This document shows, one piece after another, positions 27,260 to 37,763 of a stretch of 64,000 nucleotides of DNA (position 1 is the first letter of the stretch; each line of letters starts with the position of its first letter). The notes below the pieces were generated by a model, which saw nothing but the letters and a program-made list of their open reading frames with translations, was not told where the DNA came from and did no database searches. The DNA is from Candidatus Methanosuratincola verstraetei (GTDB lineage: Archaea; Thermoproteota; Methanomethylicia; Methanomethylicales; Methanomethylicaceae). Location: contig CP186953.1 in NCBI GenBank assembly GCA_049570475.1, positions 992,001-1,056,000 on the forward strand, in the 5' to 3' direction. The position numbers were made by a program, and so were the translations under genes.

Positions 27260-28051
27260 ATGCCTTCCCTAGCATTCATAGGATTGGGTCTGTATGACGA
27301 GAAGGGGATCAGTCTTCACGGTCTGGAAATCGCAAAGTCTGCCGAGATCGTGCTGCTTGAGAGCTACACGAATATAATGCCCGGGCTGAACCTGGAATCC
27401 TTGGGAAAAATGATCGGGAAAGAGATCCGTTTGATCGGCCGAAGGGAGGTCGAGGACGGCAAGTGGATACTTGATGCTGCCGCGAAGAGGGAGGTCGCGC
27501 TCCTCGTAGCGGGAGATCCTTTCGTCGCCACCACTCACGTCGACCTGAGGCTTAGGGCGATAAAGAGGGGCATTAGGGTAGAGGTGGTGAACGCGCCATC
27601 AATAGTATCGGTGGCACCCGGGGCTGTGGGCCTTCAGAACTACAAGTTCGGGAAGTCTGCAACAATAACCTTCCCCGAGCCACTCTCCCTGGTCCCTTAC
27701 GAGACTCTCAGGATCAACAGGAGCCTCGGCCTGCACTCTCTCTTCTTCCTCGACCTCCGCGTGGAGGAGGGCAGGTTCATGAAGGCGGGCGAGGCAATCC
27801 GCCTCCTGCTGGATATGGAGGCAAAGCAGCGGGGCGGCGTGGTCTCTGAAGAGATGCTCATGGTAGTCTTGGCTAGGGCAGGCTCCCCCTCCCAGCTCGT
27901 CAGGGCGGGTAAGGCGGCCGTGCTGGAGGACCTGGATTTCGGCCCTCCCCCACACTCACTGATAGTGCCAGGCCGCCTCCACTTCATGGAGGCAGAGGCG
28001 CTGGTTCTCATAGGCGGGGCAGAGGAGGACCTAGTGAGGGGATGCCTTTGA
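27260..28051 (+). CDS. dph5: Diphthine synthase
   Basis: FIGLGLYD, GDPFVATTH, GLQNYKFGKS, GLHSLFFLD and HFMEAE motifs. Confidence 0.93.
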   Translation: MPSLAFIGLGLYDEKGISLHGLEIAKSAEIVLLESYTNIMPGLNLESLGKMIGKEIRLIGRREVEDGKWILDAAAKREVALLVAGDPFVATTHVDLRLRAIKRGIRVEVVNAPSIVSVAPGAVGLQNYKFGKSATITFPEPLSLVPYETLRINRSLGLHSLFFLDLRVEEGRFMKAGEAIRLLLDMEAKQRGGVVSEEMLMVVLARAGSPSQLVRAGKAAVLEDLDFGPPPHSLIVPGRLHFMEAEALVLIGGAEEDLVRGCL

Positions 28052-28338
28052 GCTTTGAGGAAGAGGCAAGGAAGAAGCTCGAAAGGTACATCTCGGCGAC
28101 TGAAAGGGTCTTCAAGACCATGGATGTCTCGCTCCCGGAGGATCCGTCTCTTCGGAGGCTGGCTGAGGAGAATGTGCGCCTTTCTAAAATTTACTTCGAG
28201 GACAGCAAGTATTATTTCGGTAAGCAGGACTATATTACAGCGCTCGTGTGCATCGCTTACTGCGAGGGCATAATTGATGCATGCAGGAACTTGGGGTGGC
28301 TCAGATATGAGTGGACCTTCGGGACCTCGCCCGGTTGA
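28042..28338 (+). CDS. DUF357 protein
   Basis: Y.EDSKYY..K.DYITAL..I.YCEG.IDA motif; usual neighbour of dph5. Confidence 0.8.
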   Translation: MPLSFEEEARKKLERYISATERVFKTMDVSLPEDPSLRRLAEENVRLSKIYFEDSKYYFGKQDYITALVCIAYCEGIIDACRNLGWLRYEWTFGTSPG

Positions 28339-28365
28339 GCTCCGTTCCGGAGTGATGGGGGTGGG

Positions 28366-28819
28366 GTGAACGGGGAAGCGCGTTCTTGCCGCAGGGTGCT
28401 TTGACCTGCTCCACTACGGGCACCTCCGCTACCTCGAGGAGGCAAAGAGGCTCGCAGGCCCGGACGGCGAGCTGATAGTAGTCGTGGCAAGGGACGCCAC
28501 GATCCTGAAGAGGAAGGGGAGGACACCCGTAATGAACGAGGAGCATAGGAGGGAGCTGGTGGAGGCGCTGAAGCCGGTGGACCGCGCAGTATTGGGTGGC
28601 GTCGACTTCGACACGAAGGCGATCCTAAAGTCGCTGATGCCTGACATAGTAGCCCTTGGTTACGACCAGGAGGATCTTGCAGAAGTGCTCCGCAGGGAGG
28701 GGTTCCGGGGGGAGATCGTAAAGCTCGGTAAGTACGGCGACATAAGCTCCTCGAAGATAAGGGCACTTCTTAACTCTGCTAAGCCTGCTAACACTGCGCC
28801 TGAGGCTCAACCCAAATGA
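28366..28819 (+). CDS. ribL: Archaeal FAD synthetase (cytidylyltransferase family); 5' end frameshifted or ACG start
   Basis: The frame extends upstream of the called ORF as GKRVLAAGCFDLLHYGH (HxGH) up to an in-frame TGA at 28367; PDIVALGYDQ and SSSKI motifs; adjacent to ribK. Confidence 0.75.
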
Positions 28820-29508
28820 CTCTGTGCCGCATGGTCGCGGTTCAGGAAGACCTTCAGCTGGACCATGTCCCCGTCCCTGAGCCCGAACTTCTTTCTCAGG
28901 TTCTCTGGCGCAATTATCTCAAGCACTTCCTTGCCGTAGTGTGTGCGGTGTATCATCAGTATTGCCCCGTCCGCGGTGTCGTTCACCTTTGCCAAGAAGC
29001 ACTTGACGTCCCCATAGGTCCTCTCTGAGTTTGTGAAGCCCTTTATGATGATCCCGGGGAGCGCCTCGAGCTCATTCCTCGCCCTTATGTCTGCCGACGA
29101 CCTGAGCTTAAGGTTCAGGGTGCCTGGGAATGGGGCGAAACCAAGCTTCTCGGAGAACTGCTCCCTGTAGCCGCTCTTTGTGACGTAGTACGCCCCTTCC
29201 CCGAAGCCCGAAAAGACGTAGCCATTGAGGAACTTGACATTATCGATGCCCTCAAGCCCCATCTTCAGGGCATTGTAGACCTCCCTTATCGCATCCATCC
29301 CCTTCTCGGTTATCATAACCAGCTGCCCGTCGGGCGTCAGCTCCCGCGTTATGAGCCCACTCTCAACAAGCTCGAGGAGGCGCCTGGATGCCGTCTGCTG
29401 CGAGACCCCGATCATCCTCCCGAAGTCCGAGGTGCCAAGCAGTATCTGCCTTGTGTGCCCCCCCATCTTGAAGATCTGGAGAAGCGCGAACCAGAGATCA
29501 CCTTCCAA
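28807..29508 (-). CDS. ribK: CTP-dependent riboflavin kinase with N-terminal HTH
   Basis: SQQTASRRL HTH; GYVFSGFGEGAYY, PFPGTLNL, RTHY and LEIIAP motifs. Confidence 0.9.
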   Translation of the reverse strand: MEGDLWFALLQIFKMGGHTRQILLGTSDFGRMIGVSQQTASRRLLELVESGLITRELTPDGQLVMITEKGMDAIREVYNALKMGLEGIDNVKFLNGYVFSGFGEGAYYVTKSGYREQFSEKLGFAPFPGTLNLKLRSSADIRARNELEALPGIIIKGFTNSERTYGDVKCFLAKVNDTADGAILMIHRTHYGKEVLEIIAPENLRKKFGLRDGDMVQLKVFLNRDHAAQSHLG

Positions 29509-30190
29509 TTGTGGGTCTGCCCTCCATGGTCCTCTTACTGTATCGATCTGCGAGAAATAAAGGCTCTGGTAACCGGTGCCCCCTCATGCACGCTTTCACA
29601 ATTTCCAGCGCGCGATCTGGGCTCATCCTGTGCCCGGCGCTGATAAGTAGCCTTCCCCCTCCAGGGCCGCGGATTATGCCTCCGACCTCTTTGCCGTAGG
29701 CGATGAGGCGATCCCCATCCACCGATCCGCCTTCGAACGAGAGGGGTGAGAGGCATACGCCGATGGCGGGGACATCGAAGGCGACCCCGAAGTGTGATGC
29801 TGCCCCAAGCCCCTCGGGGTGGAATGCGCCGTGCCCGTTAACTATGTAAGCAGAGGCCCTCGTGGCAAGCCTCCAGAACAGCGGGGCCAAGAACCGCATC
29901 TCCCTGAACCCGAGGAAGCCGGGCATGTATGGCACAGGCGCCTTGCCGTGATAGGTTTTTGCCTCGATCTCCTCCATTTCGGGGTAGCTCAGCACGACTG
30001 CCGCCGCGAACCCATCCTCTCCCCTGTAGGATACGTCCATCCCGCAGATTGAATGGATTTCGTCTGGCGGTGCCAGCGATACCATCTTGGCTAGGATGCA
30101 CTGCGCCTTCCTTGCCTTCCTCATGTCGAAATGGTGTTGGATAGGGATGCCCCGCTGCCCCCTTCCGAATACTGGCTTGTCTTTCAACAC
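29498..30190 (-). CDS. nfi: Endonuclease V
   Basis: GMDVSY, PYMPGFLGFRE, HPEGLGAASH, ISAGH and PEPL motifs; the second catalytic Asp reads Asn. Confidence 0.85.
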   Translation of the reverse strand: MLKDKPVFGRGQRGIPIQHHFDMRKARKAQCILAKMVSLAPPDEIHSICGMDVSYRGEDGFAAAVVLSYPEMEEIEAKTYHGKAPVPYMPGFLGFREMRFLAPLFWRLATRASAYIVNGHGAFHPEGLGAASHFGVAFDVPAIGVCLSPLSFEGGSVDGDRLIAYGKEVGGIIRGPGGGRLLISAGHRMSPDRALEIVKACMRGHRLPEPLFLADRYSKRTMEGRPTIGR

Positions 30191-30192
30191 CT

Positions 30193-31773
30193 TCAGCTCT
30201 GATCGATCACCAGTTCGGACTTGACACCGATGAACGCGGGTCCTCTTACGTCTATCTTCCCCTGCCTGCTGGATATGTACCTGAGCCCGACCTCCGAAAC
30301 CTTCAGGTTTATGTCGCTCAGTAGCTTGACCATCCTGACCCTTATGTCTGCTTGGCCTCCCCTCTCGATCCTCGACGCCGCCATCTTAGCTACTGCATCG
30401 ACGTACCTTATGCCGGTCCTGACGCCAGCCGACCTTGCTGCCCTCACCAGCTCAACGTTTTCCATCCCCTGCGGCGGGATGCCCAGTATGTTCGCCCTGT
30501 ACACCACCAGCTCGTTGAATGCGGCAGGCCCCACTAGCCTCACCCCGGGATCAGGCTCGTAAACCCTGACTCTAACTTCCCTGCCAGAGACCTTGCCCTC
30601 GTAGGCCATGAACTCGCACGGGCTCTCTGCATCCTTGTGCCCCTCAATTGCCTCCACTATGGCCCTCTCGACTGCCTTGCCCTCCTCGGTGAATGGCTCC
30701 TCGATGAACGAGAGCTGCCTGGCAAGGGAGGCATCCGAGAGCACCCACTCGCCGTAGAACTGCGGGTATGCAAGCTCCCTGACATCCTTGTAGCCGTGGA
30801 GGAGCATCGCCACCCTCTCAACCCCTATCCCTATGTTCAGGACTGGGTACTCAATCCCATAATGCGCCAGCGCAACAGGGCTGTATAGTCCGAAGTCCAT
30901 CAGCTCCACCCAGCCTGTCCCGCCGACCTTGGCGAAGACCTCGTGCTCCGTCCCTGGCGCATAGTACTTTGCGGTGACCTTCTTCCTCTCGACCCTTACC
31001 TCCCCGAAGCCGAGCCTCTTGATCACCTCTTCTGAGACCCGCTTGCCGTCCTCGACCGAGACCTCCTCGTCCATGATTATCGAGGACGCTGCGTGGTGGA
31101 ACCTCAGGTGCGTCGCGTCCTCCTGCTGCTCCCTCCTCGCCCTGAGGCCCACTGAGAAGAGCATCACGGGCATCTCCAGCTTATGCTGGACCGCCGCGCA
31201 AGTGAGGAACCACGCACTAGTCATGTGCGACCTCAACAAGAGCTTGGTGGGCACGGGCTCAAGCATCCTGAGCTCCGGGAAGACGTCGTTGAGTATCCTG
31301 AGTGCAGTGGTGTCCGGGACCCCGAGCCCTTCTGCAACCTTTTCTACCAGATCATCGCCGTCGACCTTCCCTTTCTTGTAGTCGTGGAATAGCTCCTTCA
31401 GCCTCGAAAGTGATGCCTCGTCGGTTGGGCCTCCTGCCTCCCTGATCTTCGCGATCCTCTCCGATCCGATCCCGATGTCCGGCCGGGGCAGCGCTGCCAA
31501 GTAGTAGCACCTGTCGAGTATTGCAGGCGCCTCATGCCCATACTGTTTGTATATGTCCCCCTCATCCACGATCATCGGGTTCACAGCCTCGTCGAACCCG
31601 AGCTCAAGGTAGATCTCCCTCAGCCTGTTTGCCGTCTCGATGAGGACGTGCTTTGTGCCCTTCTTCCCGGGCGCAAAAGCGCCCTTGCCTCCGACAAGGG
31701 ACCCCGTCTCTCTCCATGCCTCTTCGAAGTCCTTCTCAGCCTTCTCCAGCACTTCCTTGATCCTGATCTTCAT
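30193..31773 (-). CDS. sepS: O-phosphoseryl-tRNA(Cys) synthetase
   Basis: EAPAILDRCYYLA.LPRPDIG, KGKVDGDDL, LRSHMTSAWF, RREQQEDATHL, KYYAPGT and FGLYSPVAL motifs. Confidence 0.93.
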   Translation of the reverse strand: MKIRIKEVLEKAEKDFEEAWRETGSLVGGKGAFAPGKKGTKHVLIETANRLREIYLELGFDEAVNPMIVDEGDIYKQYGHEAPAILDRCYYLAALPRPDIGIGSERIAKIREAGGPTDEASLSRLKELFHDYKKGKVDGDDLVEKVAEGLGVPDTTALRILNDVFPELRMLEPVPTKLLLRSHMTSAWFLTCAAVQHKLEMPVMLFSVGLRARREQQEDATHLRFHHAASSIIMDEEVSVEDGKRVSEEVIKRLGFGEVRVERKKVTAKYYAPGTEHEVFAKVGGTGWVELMDFGLYSPVALAHYGIEYPVLNIGIGVERVAMLLHGYKDVRELAYPQFYGEWVLSDASLARQLSFIEEPFTEEGKAVERAIVEAIEGHKDAESPCEFMAYEGKVSGREVRVRVYEPDPGVRLVGPAAFNELVVYRANILGIPPQGMENVELVRAARSAGVRTGIRYVDAVAKMAASRIERGGQADIRVRMVKLLSDINLKVSEVGLRYISSRQGKIDVRGPAFIGVKSELVIDQS

Positions 31774-32447
31774 GCCCCTTCCCCCTTCCCACTTCCGTTT
31801 ACATCCCTTTGCCCTTCCATTCCAGCAGAGGCCTTCTCGATGCTCCTCCTGATCAACAGCCCTTGGTGGGCTAGCGTGACATCCCCCCTAGTCTCCTCAA
31901 CAAGCCTCCTCATCACGTCCACCTTCCTCCTGAGGTTCGGGACCACCGCCCTCGGGTAGTCTATGGCCTTCAGAAGCGTATACGCCTCCTCCATCAGCTC
32001 GAGCGCTCTCCACGCCTCATTAATGCTGTCCTTCCTGATCGAGTCGAGGGCATACCTCCTCAGCTCCCCTGCCGCATCAGCCACACCCGTAAGGTACGGC
32101 TCGGGCGGGATGCGCAGTTCGGCCGGCTTCGGCACTTCCCGGTCCTTGACAAGGGCTAGGAGTATCATAGCCTCGGCGTACTCCTGGAATGCCTGGGGCA
32201 GGGGGCCGGTGTAGTAGAACTCGTGGAAGTCCATGCACGCCTGGAGCGCCCCCTCAAGCGCCTCCCTGGCTGCCTTGAGGCTCTCCTCGGCTGCCTCGAA
32301 CTCCCCCCTGTGGATAGATAGGACTGCACTCCCGGACCTCCTTATTATCTCCCTCGACTGAGTGATTATCTCCTCCCTCTTCGCGTCCTTTGCCTTCAGG
32401 GAAAGGGCGATCTCCTCCATTATGCCCTCGAACTTCAACGGAGCCAC
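31770..32447 (-). CDS. Translin/Trax (C3PO)-family protein
   Basis: REEII..SREIIR.S..A...IH, QEYAEA, YL.GVADAAGELRR and LRRKVD motifs. Confidence 0.88.
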   Translation of the reverse strand: MAPLKFEGIMEEIALSLKAKDAKREEIITQSREIIRRSGSAVLSIHRGEFEAAEESLKAAREALEGALQACMDFHEFYYTGPLPQAFQEYAEAMILLALVKDREVPKPAELRIPPEPYLTGVADAAGELRRYALDSIRKDSINEAWRALELMEEAYTLLKAIDYPRAVVPNLRRKVDVMRRLVEETRGDVTLAHQGLLIRRSIEKASAGMEGQRDVNGSGKGEGA

Positions 32448-32452
32448 CTTGT

Positions 32453-33427
32453 TTAGATGGGTGTGGAGACCTTTTTAGGTTTGCCTATCCTGCTTAGCAG
32501 CGCAACCCTGCTGATGGGGACCTCGCCAGCCAGCTCATACCCAGTCCTTTCCGCAAGGTCCCTTGCGAACTGGACGATCTCTGCGTGGCTGGGCATGCTA
32601 TCGTAGCCGAGCCTTGTAACTGAAAAACCGACATGCATGTAAGCCTTTACCTCGACGTATGTGGGCGAAGCGCCTGATATCAGCTTCGAGTACCCGTCTG
32701 GGTCGATCATGTTCAAGCCCTTGACTGCGGTCATCCTTATTACGGTAGGGCACGAAAAGGACCTGAGCAGCGAGAGGGACTCCATCAGCCTCAACCAGCT
32801 TGCGCCAGAAGCCGGCCTGCAGACCGAACGATAAATTTCCTCAGAGGGCGCGCTCAGCGAGACGTAAAGCTGTGTAGGCTCGGGGATCTCCCCCAGCCTC
32901 TTCGGGTTTGTGCCGTTGGTGACAAGAAAAGTGGTCATTCCCTTCCTTTTGAATTCTTGGATGAGCCCATCGAGCATCGAGTACTCGGTCGGCTCCCCGC
33001 TCAGGCTTATTGCAGCATGCTTGGGATCCATCGCCTCCCTGAATCGGTCGGGATCCGTCTTTGGATTCCCCTTGTAGCCGCTTAGCGCCCGCCTCTGCGC
33101 CGCAATCGCCCCATCGACGATCGCCTCAGGGGGGTCCTCTGCGCCATCGTCAACTGAAGGGTATCCATGCTCATGCGGCAGGACCCTCCAGCAGTACAGG
33201 CACATGTTAGAGCACCTGCTCACCGCAGGAGTCATCTGGAGGCACCTGTGGCTCTCTATGCCGTAGAACTTGCCCTTGTAGCAGAACTCTCCGCCGGTAA
33301 TGGCCTCCCTGGTCCAGTGGCAGGTCTTCACAGCCGAGTGCCTGCCCACTATGTGGTAGCCCTGCGACCTGAGGACCTTGTACTGCTCTTCCAAGGCGCC
33401 CGCCGCTCGTTTGAAACCTTCGCTCAT
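32453..33427 (-). CDS. taw1: 4-demethylwyosine synthase (TYW1, radical SAM)
   Basis: HSAVKTCHW, CYKGKFYGIESHRCLQMTP, CSNMCLYC and AISLSGEP motifs. Confidence 0.93.
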   Translation of the reverse strand: MSEGFKRAAGALEEQYKVLRSQGYHIVGRHSAVKTCHWTREAITGGEFCYKGKFYGIESHRCLQMTPAVSRCSNMCLYCWRVLPHEHGYPSVDDGAEDPPEAIVDGAIAAQRRALSGYKGNPKTDPDRFREAMDPKHAAISLSGEPTEYSMLDGLIQEFKRKGMTTFLVTNGTNPKRLGEIPEPTQLYVSLSAPSEEIYRSVCRPASGASWLRLMESLSLLRSFSCPTVIRMTAVKGLNMIDPDGYSKLISGASPTYVEVKAYMHVGFSVTRLGYDSMPSHAEIVQFARDLAERTGYELAGEVPISRVALLSRIGKPKKVSTPI

Positions 33428-34038
33428 TTCGCGGGTAGCGTCTCCTCTATTGCGCCTTGCTTTGATATGACCAGCACGTCCACGCCATCGCCCGAGGCAA
33501 CATCCCTGGATATCGCCGCCCTCACAGCCCTGATCGCCAGATCCTTCCCGGCCTCAACCCCCATCTCCGGGGAGTAGGCAGACTCGACTATCCCGATCGC
33601 GATCGCTCCGCCGGTCCCGAGTGCAGCGTACCTGTCTTCGATCATCGATCCCAGCGGATCGAGCACGAAGAGCTTGGCGCCATCCTCGTCCATGCCGCCG
33701 ACCATCGTCTCGGTGTACACCGGGTAGGCCCTCTGAGCATAGAGCAGGTTGGCGAGTATCTTTGCCATCGCCCTGACGCTCATTGGCTTTCGGGTCTCAA
33801 GCTCGTAAAGGTTTGTCTCAGCAGAGATCCTCCTCAGCACAGCCTGAGAGTCAGAGATGAGGCCTGCAAATGCCACGCCGAGCCTGTTGTTTATCGCGAA
33901 GACTTTCTTGCCAGCCTTCGTCATTATCGAGAATCCGTAGGTGACCCTCTTCTCAGATGCCAGCACCACACCGTCCTTGCAGGCAATCCCAACCGTCGTG
34001 GCACCGGTGACCGGGTATCCGAACTGCGCCTCAGGCAA
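33424..34038 (-). CDS. psmB: Proteasome beta subunit, predicted catalytically inactive paralogue
   Basis: GATTVGIACKDGVVLASEKR (Ala at the Thr1 position); RDVASGDGVD. Confidence 0.9.
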   Translation of the reverse strand: MPEAQFGYPVTGATTVGIACKDGVVLASEKRVTYGFSIMTKAGKKVFAINNRLGVAFAGLISDSQAVLRRISAETNLYELETRKPMSVRAMAKILANLLYAQRAYPVYTETMVGGMDEDGAKLFVLDPLGSMIEDRYAALGTGGAIAIGIVESAYSPEMGVEAGKDLAIRAVRAAISRDVASGDGVDVLVISKQGAIEETLPAK

Positions 34039-34106
34039 CTTTTAAAACCTCCACTTGCACTCTCTCGTTGAGAAGCGAATTAAATAAGCTTTTACCTGTG
34101 TTACAA

Positions 34107-34361
34107 ATGACTACGATAAGGGAGATGCTGAACAAGATAAAGTGGTCCGGCGAGGGCGGGCTGGGCGGGTACGGTATAGTGATCATCCACCGCGGCGCCC
34201 CAGGGAACCGGAGGGTAATAAGGGGCGAGGACGTCAAAGACATCGCCCCGAGGGCGCTGATATGCAGCGAGGGGGGAGAGGAGGTGGTGATCCCCTACCA
34301 CCGAGTCGTGGCATTAATCAGGGACGGGAGAGTAATATGGGATAGGAGGATCAAAGAATGA
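34107..34361 (+). CDS. DUF504 / UPF0248 (MJ1316-like) protein
   Basis: REMLNKIKW...IHRGAP...IPYHRV....G.VIW.R. Confidence 0.85.
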   Translation: MTTIREMLNKIKWSGEGGLGGYGIVIIHRGAPGNRRVIRGEDVKDIAPRALICSEGGEEVVIPYHRVVALIRDGRVIWDRRIKE

Positions 34362-35389
34362 AGCAGCCTTTCGAGACGATGCCGACGGTGCTCACAGCCG
34401 ACGAGATAGTGGGCAAGATGCTGCGCGAATCTGACAAGGTCGAGGTCGAGCTCCCGCAGCGGCTCCCTGCCATAATGAAGGCGAAGCGGAGGGAGTCCTC
34501 CAGGGTCAGGGCATGTGAGCGCGTCTCAGCAGGATATCTGGAATCGCTGGTCCGTTCGGTCCCAACGATCGAGCGCCTCCACCCGTTCTACAGGGAGATC
34601 CTCGAGCTCCAGTGCGGCGTAGCAAACGTGAGGTCTGCGCTCGGGAGGATCAGCCGCGCAGCCAGGGTGATCCACGAGGTCGCCAAAGATGCCTCCAGGA
34701 GGATAAGGTCCGCGAGCACCCCGCAGGAAGCTGGCAAGGCGAGGCGGGCATTCCTTGGGAGGGCAGCCTCCATAATCAGGGACGCGAGGGGGGATCTCGA
34801 GCTGATAGCCGCAATGAGGGAGAAGATGAAAGACCTCCCTGCTGCAGACCCGTCCGTCCCCACTGTGGTCCTCGCGGGTTACCCTGGCGTGGGCAAGTCA
34901 ACGATCCTCCGATCGATCTCGAGGGCAAAGCCCGAGGTGAGGCCCTACCCGTTCACGACCAAAGAGCTGATGATAGGGCACGTCCTTATCGGGAGGCGCC
35001 TCATACAGGTTGTCGACACCCCTGGGATCTTGGACCGCCCCATGGATGAGATGAACCAAACCGAGCGCCTTTCGATAACCGCCCTCGGCAGGCTTGCCAA
35101 CCTGATAGCCTTCATCGTAGACGCCTCGGAGGCGAACGGCTTCTCGCTCGAGAGCCAGCAATCGCTCAGGAGCGGGATATCTGGAGCCTTCCCAGAGCTG
35201 AAGATCCTGACATTCCTAAACAAGGCTGACGCCGCGAGCAAGGAGCAGCTGGATCGGGCGACCGCCATATTCGGGAAATCCGATCTCATGGCTGCCGCGA
35301 AGGGCGAGGGCTTGGAGGCATTCAAAAAGAGGGTTCTCGACGCCCTTGGTCCACTCGAGGGTCCCGAGTGGAGGGGCGAAGGCATTTGA
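34358..35389 (+). CDS. NOG1-family GTPase
   Basis: LHPFY, GYPGVGKS, YPFTTK, DTPGILDRP and NKAD motifs. Confidence 0.9.
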   Translation: MKQPFETMPTVLTADEIVGKMLRESDKVEVELPQRLPAIMKAKRRESSRVRACERVSAGYLESLVRSVPTIERLHPFYREILELQCGVANVRSALGRISRAARVIHEVAKDASRRIRSASTPQEAGKARRAFLGRAASIIRDARGDLELIAAMREKMKDLPAADPSVPTVVLAGYPGVGKSTILRSISRAKPEVRPYPFTTKELMIGHVLIGRRLIQVVDTPGILDRPMDEMNQTERLSITALGRLANLIAFIVDASEANGFSLESQQSLRSGISGAFPELKILTFLNKADAASKEQLDRATAIFGKSDLMAAAKGEGLEAFKKRVLDALGPLEGPEWRGEGI

Positions 35390-35462
35390 TCGATTCATGA
35401 ATGCACCGATGGAAAGCGGATCTGCCACCCGGGTGGTTAGGAAGGGCTCCCGTCTGTCAGGG

Positions 35463-36527
35463 TCATTTTCTTGAGGGTGCCTTCCCCTCAACCTCTATAA
35501 CAGCCCCGCCTCCCTTGAGCCTCTCGATCTCGAAACGGGTGCCAAGGAACTTTGAGCAAAGCCAAATCATTGTTTCCGAGTGGGGGGTGATCTTAGAGAC
35601 CCCGATCTTCGACACGCCGCCCGCAAGCGCCACCAGGGGAATCAGCATATCGCCCAGGTGCGAGTCCAGAGCCATCCCGCTCTGGAGCTCTTCCAAGAGC
35701 TTTCCCGCTGCGATCTCTCCCACCTCTTCGGCCCTCCTCTCCTTCGATCCGAGCGCGTCTGCCCCGATCCTGAATTCAGTGCTCGTCTCAGCCCAAACCG
35801 CAATCCCGCTACCCGGTCCCCCAAGGGGGTTAGTTCCAGTCTCGATGACTATCCTTATGTTCTCGTAGCCAGCCCTCCTTAGAGCACGCTCCGCTGAGGA
35901 GGCCTGCCTTGAGGCGACGTGGGACGGGAGGTTCGTGCAGTGCGAGATGCCCCTGACGGTCTCGACTCTGCCTCTCTCCACTGCCTTAACTGGATTCAGC
36001 CCCTTTGAAGGTGCCACTGAAAGCCGCACCTCGCCCGCCCCCCTCGGGAAATGCCCCCTCCTAACCAGCTCCACAGATGCCTCGATGCCAATAATCTTAA
36101 ACGCGGGTATGGCTACATTCCTGAAGTAATCCACTGGAGGGCTCCAGGGCACGTCCGTGCCGCCGACTATCTTCACCTCGGATGCGCCCTCAGCGAAAGC
36201 AAGTATCGGTACCAGTTCTTGGGCTACCAGCATGGCGCTCCCTGCGGTCCCGATCTCAAACGTGTAGGTGCCGCCAGCCACGGCGCCTGGGGAGAACCTG
36301 ATCTCGCAACTGCCAAGCTCAGCGCCATCGAGGGTGCCCCCGGATACTTCGGCGGCCGCCTTCAGCCCCACGATGTGCTGGGGCTGCAGCCCTGGTTTTG
36401 GGCGCCTTGCCCTTATGTTGTAGACCCTAACGGGAGTCCTGGTCACACAGGAGAGGAATACCGCGCCCCTGAGGATCTGACCTCCCCCTTCCCCGTAGGA
36501 TCCGTCCACCTCAATCATCTTGACCAC
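35463..36527 (-). CDS. rtcA: RNA 3'-terminal phosphate cyclase
   Basis: DGSYGEGGGQILR, RPKPGLQPQH, GGTDVPWSP and the catalytic H in ITPHSET. Confidence 0.93.
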   Translation of the reverse strand: MVKMIEVDGSYGEGGGQILRGAVFLSCVTRTPVRVYNIRARRPKPGLQPQHIVGLKAAAEVSGGTLDGAELGSCEIRFSPGAVAGGTYTFEIGTAGSAMLVAQELVPILAFAEGASEVKIVGGTDVPWSPPVDYFRNVAIPAFKIIGIEASVELVRRGHFPRGAGEVRLSVAPSKGLNPVKAVERGRVETVRGISHCTNLPSHVASRQASSAERALRRAGYENIRIVIETGTNPLGGPGSGIAVWAETSTEFRIGADALGSKERRAEEVGEIAAGKLLEELQSGMALDSHLGDMLIPLVALAGGVSKIGVSKITPHSETMIWLCSKFLGTRFEIERLKGGGAVIEVEGKAPSRK

Positions 36528-36585
36528 CTGATCTCATCTTATGACCAGCAAGGCGATATATCTGACTCTTGATACAGTGGATTGC

Positions 36586-37663
<1,078 letters not shown>

Positions 37664-37763
37664 TCAATCACCCGCAGGGCAAATAAAAGAGTTCTCACGC
37701 CTGGCTCGCCAAGGGGATGTTTTTATGTGAATGGCGGGCATATGCCGTTTGGGATGCAGCCGA

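Noticed and set aside
28355-28369. In-frame TGA before ribL as selenocysteine
   Set aside because: The position is not a conserved Cys, no SECIS-like element is apparent, and a one-base indel or ACG start explains it better.
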